Part shown: positions 14,737 to 25,196 of the stretch, one piece after another
Numbering within the stretch: position 1 is the first letter of the stretch
How the letters are laid out: the number at the start of each line of letters is the position of its first letter
Source: Chlorokybus atmophyticus
Lineage: Eukaryota > Plantae > Mesostigma and Chlorokybus algae
Reading direction: 5' to 3'
DNA length: 64,000 bases
NCBI GenBank assembly: GCA_009103225.1
Contig: RHPI01002402.1
Location: 653,412 to 717,411 of the forward strand
Translations under genes and position numbers: made by a program
Notes under the pieces: model-generated
What the model was told of the DNA's origin: nothing
Seen by the model: only the letters and a program-made list of their open reading frames with translations
The model's database searches: none

Positions 14737-17644
14737 ATGTCAGGGGTCGAGAGTTGGCCTGAGGAGGCTGCCGCCTACGAGCTGCAGGAGCAGGTCGGGC
14801 GTGGCCGACACTCCTCTGTCTGGCGTGCCCGCTGCCTTGCTAACGGCGCAGAGGTTGCCGTCAAGGTCACGCCTTCCAGCTTCGCCACCTCAACAGTACG
14901 CGATGTTGTCCAAAGCGCTTATCTTGCCCATGTCTTGTGGATTAGAGATTGCATGCTGTCTTTTATAACAACAAGCATCCGCTTGTCAACCATGCTTCAA
15001 TGCGTTGTGCTAGCAATTGCGTGGTTGTCTGCAGGTTGACAGGACTGGCCAGAATGGTGGCAAGCTGTTGCCGGTGTATGCGCGCTTCACTTCCGAGCAG
15101 CAGACATGGGTGGTTGCACAGTACGCGGCCGGCGGCTCTTGCAGGGACATTCTCCGTGCTGCATTTCCTGAGGGCATGGACGAAGCGATGATCGCGGCAG
15201 TCGGTTGTGAAGTCCTGCGCGCGTTCGAGAGCCTGCACAACCTCAATAGAATGCATGGGCACCTGTCGGTGTGTACTTGTGTTGTTTGTCAAGTATGGAA
15301 TGGTTTACTGTTGCTGACATGCAGCAATATGAACTCATGGACGAATAGTAGCATGCCAGCCTGGCTGTCAACGTTTTCGCTGCGACAATCCACAGCAGCT
15401 CACTTTTGCAACACTGCATGTTAATGACTGGGCTCACCAGCTTGTCACTGTGCAGGGCAGCAACGTCATGGTGGGAGAAGATGGCCAAATCTGGTTAGCT
15501 CCCTGCAATGCAATTGGTAGGTACAAAAGAGTGTGGTCACTGTGTGTGCGCGCACGGTAATGGTTAAGGAACAACTGACTTGTTGCAGGACAGATAGTCG
15601 CAACATGAAAGCAACAGTTAACGACCATCAAGGCTGCAGGTACGTGGAAACTGGTATGCGGGGGGGCATTTGGTAGAGTTTTGCTTATCAGACAACACTC
15701 TTTGTGCGTCTGCAGTGCTGATATATACCAGTTTGGCATTCTCTTATTGGAATTGAGCCATGGACAAGTACCCACTGCCGACTCAGAAACACAGCCGAGC
15801 ACATCTGGGACAAAGGTATGCCAGTAATCAAAGCTGAGAGCACGCAACATGCATTACCCTTTCACGGAATAAAACATATACCCACAGCACATAGATATTA
15901 TTGCTGGTGTCTACAGGAGTTGGTGGTACACTTGGATGCATCCAGGTTCAGTCGGGTAAGAGTGTTTCACTTTGCACGTGCCACTTTCCATGTACTTCAT
16001 TGACACGTGTGCCTGACAGGAGTTTCAGCACCTTGTCTCAGCAGCTTTTCATGCAGACGTAGTCCGTCGCCCAACAGCATCACAATTGTTGCGCCACAAG
16101 TTTTTCAGGGTACGCTTGTAGACTTCATCTCTTGTCTAGGCAATGCAGTGGTGGCCTTTGGGACTCAGCGTGTGACACATGCTGAGATCAGGACACCAAT
16201 GAGCATGCCTCGCTGTTTGCAGGGAGCTTCAAGTGCGTCTGCAATGCTGGCGCCTGTATTGTCAAAGCTGCAACCTTTGGGCATGCGCTTTCAGCGACTG
16301 CAGGTAGCCGCCTTCATGCAAATGCTGACAGGCCAGCTAATAACTGGCAGGGTGCAGCAGCAGCTTGTTGTGGCATTGTAGTCAATGTTATGTTGTAGGC
16401 AGCCGCCACGCTTGAGGTAGTGCAACGCCCTTGCTGGGGTTGCGGTTTGATGTTGGATGTCCCGGGCAACTTGGCATGTTTCAAATGCGGTTGGTGCGGC
16501 GCTGTGACGTATGGTGACCATCAGCGTCAGCGGCAGCAAAGGTGCTGCGGTTTTATGCCTTGGTTAAGCGCAGCAACCAAAGTTCTACTGTTCTTGCTAA
16601 TGACGGCCATAGCAGGTGCGCCTCATGGCGTTGTTTGGCTTGCAATGTGGCACAACAGATCTCATCACTGGCTGATTCTCTTACGCAGGGGGTGGTGTGT
16701 ACTTCATATTCCCGCTGCTATTCAAGTCTAACTCCTTGCCACAGATGTTCCATGCCACAGTCGCTGCTGCCCTTTTCTTCAATGTCACCTTCCACTATGT
16801 GTTTTGCGCATGGGGTGATCCAGGTGCGTGCAGTTTGTTTAACGTAGAGTACATACTTATGTAACAACATCGTTGATCATGCAGGAGTTTGCAGCGTCGG
16901 TCATGTCATGGCGATGTGTGCGCAGGTTTTGTAAGGCCCATGAAGTATGGCTCGACATCCGTCGTGTCCAGAGGTGGCTTGGAAGGCATGTCGATGTGTT
17001 CAACATGCCGTCAACCAAAGCCGCAGAATGCTCATCACTGCAGTGCTTGCGGGCGATGTGTGCTTGACATGGACCATCACTGTCCTTTTGTAAGTGTCAC
17101 ATGGTGCTTGTGCAAGTGGCTTGGGTATTCCACAGGTGATGTGTGCTGTCTCCACATGTTGCTTACCCAACCTCAAGTGCAGATTGGCAACTGCGTAGGC
17201 GGTTCAAACCTACGGCACTTCCTGCTCTTCCTGTTGTATGCTTGCGTTGGCCTCCTCTACGCCCTTGGGATGTCCCTAGCTGCGGCGTCCATGCACAAAC
17301 GGCGGTTGTTTGGGCACATTGCATGGTTCCGCTCCATTTTCTCCATCATGTTCTTACACGACTTTGCACGCGCCTTTATGCGGGCGGAGGTGCCGGTTGA
17401 AGGTGAAGTGGTGGTGTTTCTAGCGGTTCTCTCTGCGGTGCTGACTTTTTGCCTGGCTCTGCTGCTGTTAACCACCTTGCGGCTGGTCCTCGCTGGGGAC
17501 ACGTACATCGACCGCGTGAAGGGCAAACAAGCAGGCACTTGGGCCAACTGGATTGTCAATCTGCGCGCTGTGTTCGGCACAGGCCATCCTGTGTCATGGC
17601 TTTGGCCTCAACGCAATGCAGAGATCATGCTACCACCAACATGA
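14737..17644 (+). CDS. STE20 (OSR1/BLUS1-like) pseudokinase fused in frame to a PAT11-like DHHC S-acyltransferase
   Basis: Kinase exons: YELQEQVGRG...VAVK, QYAAGGSCRDILRAAFPEGMDE, ADIYQFGILLLELSHGQVP, RRPTASQLLRHKFFR. A phase-0 exon at 16399 continues into CWGCGLMLDVPGNLACFKCGWCGA, CVLDMDHHCPF|IGNCVG and TM helices; stop at 17644. Confidence 0.8.
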
Positions 17645-18956
17645 TGCAGGCCTTAGTGGTGTGGTTAAGGTGAATGTCGTCAGCTTGTGCATTGACATTG
17701 TAGGTCAACGTAAAGATTCTTGCTGAACACGTGCTTGCATTGTTAAGGCATAAATGGTAGCATGTACTTGACATGAAGTATACTCTAGTAATGCACTTTG
17801 CAAGCTTGTGCGAACACGTGTTGACTTGCACAATGTTTGCCAATGCGAATCTGATCATCAGACAATGTGCATTGCAACTTTTGTTGATGACACATCAATC
17901 GACACATGTTCAATAATTGGTATGTGCTTTGTACGTGATATGTACGTACGCAAGCAATGAAATGTTTATAACACATGACCCATATGTAAACCATGCAACA
18001 TGTAGTGTCTAGTGTCTGGACTCATAACCCAAGTTGAATGGTTTTGAACACCACGGGTCATGTGTTAATGGCAAATATGTCACATGTGTATATACTTAAT
18101 GTGCATATGCTCCTTGCGCTCTGCAGGTTGTTATTGTTGCGTCTTATTAAGCCTGCTGCCTACTCCCACGTCCTTGATGGTCTAGATTGGTGTCTCGCTG
18201 CCTTAGATTGGTCTGATTGCAAAGGTTTGTCTTGACAGAGCTTGTACAAGCTTGATCCCGCCTCATCTATCATTTGCTTTGTTTGATGATATGTGTGTGT
18301 GCATTTTGCGTGTGTCTACACCTTCGACCCCTTTACGTTTGAGCTTTGATGCGAGTAACACATGGCACAAGCAAATATTATTAATACATGACACGATATT
18401 AGTAAAAGCTCCTCACATACAACGTCTCATTGCATATCTTGTGTATATCGTATTCCCTTGAATACCCCACCCCCCCCCCTCTCCCATTTGACAACCCCCC
18501 TCCAAAATCGGGGGGGGGGGGTAATCCGATAGAATGCGGTAGTCTTTTCGGTAGATTATAAATGTGTATTTCGTACTCGTGCATGTGTGCAACATACACG
18601 AGTGTTGTGGTTGGTTGTGTTGGCGTTAAGGGGAGAATGCTACATTTTGGGTAAGTCTGTCATGTGCTTCATGTTATGCATGTGGTGCATGGTGCATGGC
18701 AACAACTATCTCACACATACATTACTTTGCGTACACACAAGCACGCACGCACTCGCGCGTGCGAGCACCGTATCTATCAATATGTGTGTCATTGTTACCC
18801 ACAACAGCATTTAATGGCATTGTGTGTGGCATGGTAGGAGTGGGAACAAGGTGGGAACAGATACTGCAGGTGGTACGTGTAGTAGCACATAATATGCGCC
18901 ATGCTTGTCATGCACATTGTGGATTGTTGTGTTCAAATTGTATTTATGCATTTGAG

Positions 18957-18959
<3 letters not shown>

Positions 18960-19017
<58 letters not shown>
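18960..19017. repeat. (CT)n microsatellite, about 29 units
   Basis: Perfect CT run read directly. Confidence 0.98.
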
Positions 19018-19019
<2 letters not shown>

Positions 19020-19845
19020 GTGTGCCACGCAGTTATGCATACCGCGATTGACCGCGATTGATATTATTACACACAATCACACGCACACAAAGTACTTTGT
19101 AGGTCATAAACTTCCAGCTATGTTCAATCAAGCTTATATTCCAACATGCTTTGTTGTTACTAAAGTTGTCACATCATCCTAGTAACATTTTATCATCTTA
19201 TTTCGCTCAAGTTGCTTGATAATTGTTTGTAAGCACTCTCAAAACAGAACAAGCTGCAAAGTGCTAATTTCGTCAATGTGAATAGTGTATACATGCCATG
19301 TACATGGCCGAATGTTTCAAACCTATCATTATCAATTTCTCCTCTGTTGTAGATTATTGTCAGACTGTTTGCCCGACATAAGCATGCACTTTTAGCATGT
19401 ATTGTGCTAATAACCGCCGCATGAGTTGTTACGCCTTTCGCCTCTTTATATTGTAAATGGTCCACAATTCTCATTTTTAAGCTGGCCATCATCAATTATC
19501 TTGTGTTTGTGCATTGATTGAAGATTACTAGGCATCTACCCCACATGCAATTGCCAATTGCATGCATGTTTGTAACACGTGACATCATTCATTTTAAATA
19601 AAAAGTTAGGCTATTGTTTGATACGCATTGACACGTTAGCCTGGGCATCACATGGAAATGGAAAACCATTCTTGCATGCATTTGATTCACATGCGTATCG
19701 TAAAATATTACGTCATTAAATCAATGGTGCCATAATTAATTCTAATATGTTAAGTTAACATCCAAGCGCATTCTATAGCTATATAAATGATAGTTACCTT
19801 ACCGCTTTTTATGCCACGTAAATTTGGATCAATTCAAAATCGCTC

Positions 19846-20271
19846 ATGTAACGGGAAGGTACATTAAATAACCACAAATCGACAATAAAAGCACCAAGTC
19901 TTTTATGGTCGAGCGGGCTGTGACATTGGTCATCGGAGCTTGAGACCCGGCTTCAATTCCTGGCTTGCACACGAATTCCGCGGTCGTTGTTTCTCGATCC
20001 AGTAACACCGTAAATGGTCACTTCATAAGTGTCATCATCGATGGGTCGCGACTTGCCTAATGGCAGTCGCGCCGAAATGAGCACTTCAGTCGGAGCGGCA
20101 GGACGCGACCTGACTATCGCGGCGATGCGACTTGTGGGCCAACAAAGACGCGCCTGGCACGCAGTTGACCGGAGGACGTCAGCTTATTTAAGCGGGAAGG
20201 TACATTAATACAAACAAATCGACAAAAAAGCACCATGTCTTTTATGGTCGAGTTGTACCTTCCCGTTACAT
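19846..20271. mobile_element. Putative non-autonomous element bounded by 18-bp perfect inverted repeats
   Basis: ATGTAACGGGAAGGTACA (19846-19863) and its exact reverse complement TGTACCTTCCCGTTACAT (20254-20271); internal imperfect direct repeat of about 65 bp; no TSD seen. Confidence 0.5.
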
Positions 20272-21762
20272 TCCCCCCACTTTTATGGTCGAATGGGCTG
20301 TGACAGCTTAACGATAAGCAGTTTGACTCCTTTGCAATTGCAATGCATATGGATGTTGTAAGCAAATGATATATCGTAATAGCTGCTCATTAATTTCGTA
20401 TATGATTAATCTAATATGTGAGGGTTGGCGATTGGTCGATTGATGACATGTCACTTCTGCGGTTGTAGTTTGGTAATTGAAATGAACACGATTTATATAG
20501 TAATGTTGTAAGGTATGATGTATACACCCTAACATGGTGCACATTGCATATAACATGAAGTCGGATAGGTAATGCATAATCATGCACAGATATGCACACA
20601 CCCACGCATACAATTGCCAAGACAACATGAGCAAGCTCTATTTCACGCATGGTCTAGTTCAGGTGCTCTAAATGTGCTACATGCAAATGCAAGGCGGGCC
20701 AATGAGCAGGCAGCACAATTAATTAATCAACCAACCTGTTGTTACGAAGGCATGTTGGCCCCCCTCTTATCAAAGGGCATTGTGGCCCAAAGTGTGTTAA
20801 CAGTTTGTGAGCAAAAACATGGGCAATCTGAGGTGAATACGGTAGGCCTGTTGTTATAGCTGCCATTCTGCCTCATTGGCCTAACCATTGCAATGCCATT
20901 TCGGCAGGTTGGCGCTTTGAAACCCTTGGGCCGACAGGTTGTGGCGCAGCACATGGGCATGCATGTTGCGAATGGCGCCATGCGTGTGCGAGGCCGTGCC
21001 AATCCACGTGGCGGCCACTTTTGGCGGCAGCGGCCCGCGCATGCAAACTTTGGAGTCCCGCGAAAGCAAGGGGGGAGCGCTGCCAGATTCCAAGTCATGT
21101 CAGCAACGGCTCGGTGCAATGCAAAGGCCGCGCGACGCTGCAATCGACGGTCGCGATGCGACAAAACCAGCAGGCATTGGAATCCTGCTAAACCGAGCAC
21201 TTTTTAGGCCTACTGCGATTCCCTGCCGCAAAAAAACGGAGTTGCTGACCTGCACGGAATCCATCGCCAGCGGGCGGCAGGAATCGCCGCTGCCGTCCAT
21301 TGATGGGGTCATCCGCTATCTCGTCTTCACACTGTTCAATGAACGGTGTTCAGCATGGGAGGCAAAAACCCACCCGCGGTCGGTGCCTTGGCGCTTTATT
21401 CGCAATCCGACAAGCCCGTCGGACGTTCGCCGAAGACCTGGCCCTTTGTTCAGTCCTAACAACGTTAGTGTACCCGCGTATCTTTGTGCAATAATGCAGT
21501 AAATAACGTTCCTTGACAACTTGGACGGCAGATGCTGCGTGGGGCTTTATCAACAAATTGATAAAGTGCCAACTAGGCAAATGCGCCAACTTGGCGCAGG
21601 CGGGCCGATAACGCGGGCGACGGAAGCGGCGGCGAGGGCGTCGTAGTTGTTGGGGAAATCCCCGGCGTCGTCGTAGACGTGTGTATGCGCCTGAGGTGAT
21701 ACTCTGCCGCCGTCGGCAGGTTGGCTGGGCCCCTTGAGAAGTGGCCTGGAGGGAAGCCAGGT

Positions 21763-21771
21763 TTAGGGTTT
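21763..21771 (-). promoter_or_regulatory. Telobox (TTAGGGTTT) with flanking TGGGCC site-II-like motifs
   Basis: Lies about 60 nt upstream of ATG 21829; TGGGCC occurs on both sides. Confidence 0.45.
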
Positions 21772-21828
21772 GGTGGTCTGCCATGGAGCTGGCCTGGGCC
21801 TAAGCCTAGGCCTGGGTGCTATTGGAGC

Positions 21829-24232
21829 ATGGAGCCGGTGCTGAGCAGTAGCCTAGCCGGGGCGCCGTGGCTGCAGACGCGGCCGTCGCTGGACCTTCTG
21901 CGGCAACGGGTTCAGCATGACGGACCATCACGGGCTGTGCACAATGCCCACAGGACTCGGTCCGCTGTGTTGTGCACCCTTGAGATGCCCAGGTATAATG
22001 ACATTTGGAGCATGCCGCACGGTTCACCTTCCCCCCGCCCTCCTCCAAGCACAAAAGCTCCCAAGAAGAAGCTCCCAGAGCGTGCGTATTTTGGTGATTC
22101 GGCTATGCAGGAGCAAGAGGACCAGCACACTCGTCAGGTACGCTAATCTGACTACGAGGGTTTGTCGACACAGTTGTGAGCGTTGCAACCCATTATGAAC
22201 GCTAGGCAGGTAGTTTGCAGTCAGCTGACAGTTGCCTGCATAGGGTTTTGTATTATCTGTTATTTGTCGCAAGGTATTTCTTTCTGTTATATTTTAAGGC
22301 AAGTTGGGCCGAATCTGAGTATGCTATTGCCGTGAGCTGTTTCAGCACTCCACTTGCGCTGCATGTAAACGAGAGCACAGCAACAAAAGATTTCCAGTCG
22401 ATTGCCAGCAAGAATTCACTACTAACGGTGCTTACGGCAGGCAACAAGCGGGCTGGCGACCAGCTCTAGACCGGCAGACCGAGTGAACAGCAGAGGGAGT
22501 TGGGTGGGCGAGGGATATGTGAGATACGTGGAAGACTTGGATGACTTTTTTGCGCTTCCGTCTGTGGAAAAAGAGGCTCCTCCTGGGGAGAAGGAGCATC
22601 GTCGCGATAGACGAAGAATGGACTACAGCTCTGACCTGATAGCAGCGGCAAACGCAGCCACTCAGTTTAGGGAGATGGTGATGGAGGATCTCCGCACCTT
22701 TGTCAGTCATCATGCGATTGCCTTGAGGGGTTACATGCCTACGTGAGTGCCGCAGCCGCATGCATATCAAGATATCGCAGAGCATTCCGTTAGCAACCCT
22801 AACCCAACATGCATTGCATCTTGCAGGCGTGAGTATTTGTGTGATGCGGGTCGGACAGACCTGGTGAGAGCAATACGGCGATTGGGCGGTCCTCTGGTTG
22901 TGGCTACTGCGTTAGGGTTGCGCTGGAGTGCCAACATCATGGATGAAGTCGCCGAGTCAACATCAGGAGTTTGTCCACACCTTCCCACCAGCCATTCCAG
23001 AAGTCGGGGTTCAGGAAGCAAAAAGCCTAGCGTTGGCGCAGTGAAATGTAGAAAGCACACTGCAACAACTTCTGCTGTCAGCTTTACCCCTCAGCACTTT
23101 ACACCACCCACGACAGTGGAGACCATCCTGAGATGTGTGCAGGTATGTGACGCACGATGGTATTGCCACCAGCTGCAACTGTTCTTCTGTTGTGCATGAG
23201 GTGTTGTCGTTTGTGTAGCCTCTTGCTTAGGTGTTTTGCACCGCACCTTCCAACAGCCTGTACATGTTGTAGTGTTGCGGTTTACAACAGAATGTGTCAT
23301 CAACTCCACCTTAACGTGTTTATCTGATACTACTGTGCAGGCGTGCATAGATCAAGGCTTGGTATTCATGGTTGAGCACCATCGCACAATGGGTGCCACG
23401 GATCACTTCTGGACTTTGTGGCGGTTACCCTTGTACAGCGCTCATACAGCTGATGCAGTTATGGTTGAAGCAAAGTAAGTTGCAGGCCATGTATCATTGT
23501 GATGTCTGCCACAAGTTGCAGGGCACATGTATTGGGTAATAAGAAGCTGACACAACCGCATGCTGCAGCTCTTGTGCGGAGCAGTATCCTGACCACTTCG
23601 TCAGGTTAACAGCGTATGACATTGGAAGGCAAGCTCAACAGGTGACTAGCATTTTTTTCTCTCATGCAGATCTGTTGAGAGATATTCGTACCGCAGCATT
23701 TATGCATGCAGTTGCAGGTTCCTGACACAGCAATCTGGTTTAGGTGAGCTACTTGATCCACAAACCAGATGTTATGGATGCAACAGTGGAGGTAGCGGCC
23801 ACCAAGGGTCTCCCTGGCAGCCCTACTACTCCCATGTCACCAGCTATGGCTATCATGGACCAGCAAACCAAATCACGCAAAGATGCTTTGGAGGTATGCT
23901 TCTGGCTCAAAGTCCATACAACCTTGAGGACTGCAAGTTGGCCCTTTGTACACCTGGACCTCCTCACTTGCAACTCAGATAGGATGTTGCTTGTTGAACA
24001 GGCACAGCAGGCGGAACGAAGGAGAGAGGCAGAATCTGCGGCAATTGTGGATGCTGCAGCGTCAACAACTGCCAGAGCTGCAGAGAAATTGGCGTATGAC
24101 TCTGCAGGCAGCCCACCTTCGCCTACGGATGAAAACGGGTTGTACGGCGGCACTATCTTCGCCAACAGGAGGTTGTTGCTGCACGGAAATAAGCAACGAC
24201 GCAAGCGGCGAAGAAATGGACTGCTTCCATGA
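21829..24232 (+). CDS. Putative plastid protein: transit-peptide-like N-terminus, PTST2/3-like helical motif, RbcS-like domain and low-complexity or coiled tail
   Basis: Phase-compatible exons give ...GYMPT|REYLCDAGRTDLVRAIRRLGGPLVVATALGLRW...SAVSFTPQHFTPPTTVETILRCVQ|ACIDQGLVFMVEHHRTMGATDHFWTLWRLPLYSAHTADAVMVEAN|SCAEQYPDHFVRLTAYDIGRQAQQ|VSYLIHKP. This matches the RbcS consensus (WTMWKLP...EY...IR..GFD...Q..SFIVH.P). Confidence 0.8.
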
Positions 24233-25196
24233 GATTGGTGGCAAGGCAACGTTCCAATATCACCAAGTGAGAGTGCTGCAATAAGCTGTCTCCCAAGAAG
24301 ATACAGTTGGCCCGCCACTTTGTACTGTAGGGGGGTTTTGTTGGGTGCCTCCAGGGGTAGGCACACAAAGGAAACCTACCCATAGTTTTGTGTAGTCAGA
24401 TTCTGCATGCAAACGTGACAGCCTGCTGTACGTGCATTACGTACATGAAAGGTGCATGCGTATGTAGGTCATTGCCAGATGCCTGCATGGTTTTATGCAC
24501 GGCCGCTGGGGCACTATACCAAAAGATTTCTTGCAAATTGTATAAGCTGTTGTAAGTCAATGTGAAAGACAAATGTGTGTCGCGTAAAGGTGTGTAGTGC
24601 TCTAGTTTACAGGCATGGTGGAAGGTGAAGTAGTGCTTGTGGCGAGCTTAGCTGCACCGATTGCACAATCCTTGCATACTATAGTATACTACCTGCCAAG
24701 CCCGGCTTGGTAGTCATAGTAGAGTGACTACTGCAGCATGCGCTACCTTAACGCACATAGTGCACAGTGTACGGCTTGTTGAGATGGACCGCAGCATTGT
24801 AGGTACTGATGCCATTGATGCTGACTCGCCTCGACTGGCTCAAGTGACTCAACAAAGAACAAGGTGGAACTGATACTTCGCAGCTGCCTTCTTTGAGAGG
24901 ATGTGCTTACCTGTTCACCTGGCATTTGTGACATAGTGGCCATTGGGTGTAAGTCTGGTGGTGGTCCCCAGCGCCATTGCTCATGCTTGATTTTTTGTTT
25001 GGTTGAGTACAAGCCCATTGGGCGTTGGCAGTTGTGAGTTGCGTAAGAATACGCTAGTCTTCCAGTACTATTCTTGGCTGCCTGCAACCTGCAGCGCCAA
25101 CGTGCAATGCAATGACAATGGTGAATGACCATTCTCATGTAGAGCTATAATATCTGTACAAAGGTGTAGCCATGCATCGAGCTGGAGTAATGCATG

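Noticed and set aside
20742-21784. Overlapping 100-190 aa ORFs
   Set aside because: No motifs or consistent splice structure; GC-rich promoter-proximal sequence.
21829-24232. Calling this a canonical RbcS gene
   Set aside because: The domain is internal, divergent, short-looped and flanked by unrelated sequence on both sides.
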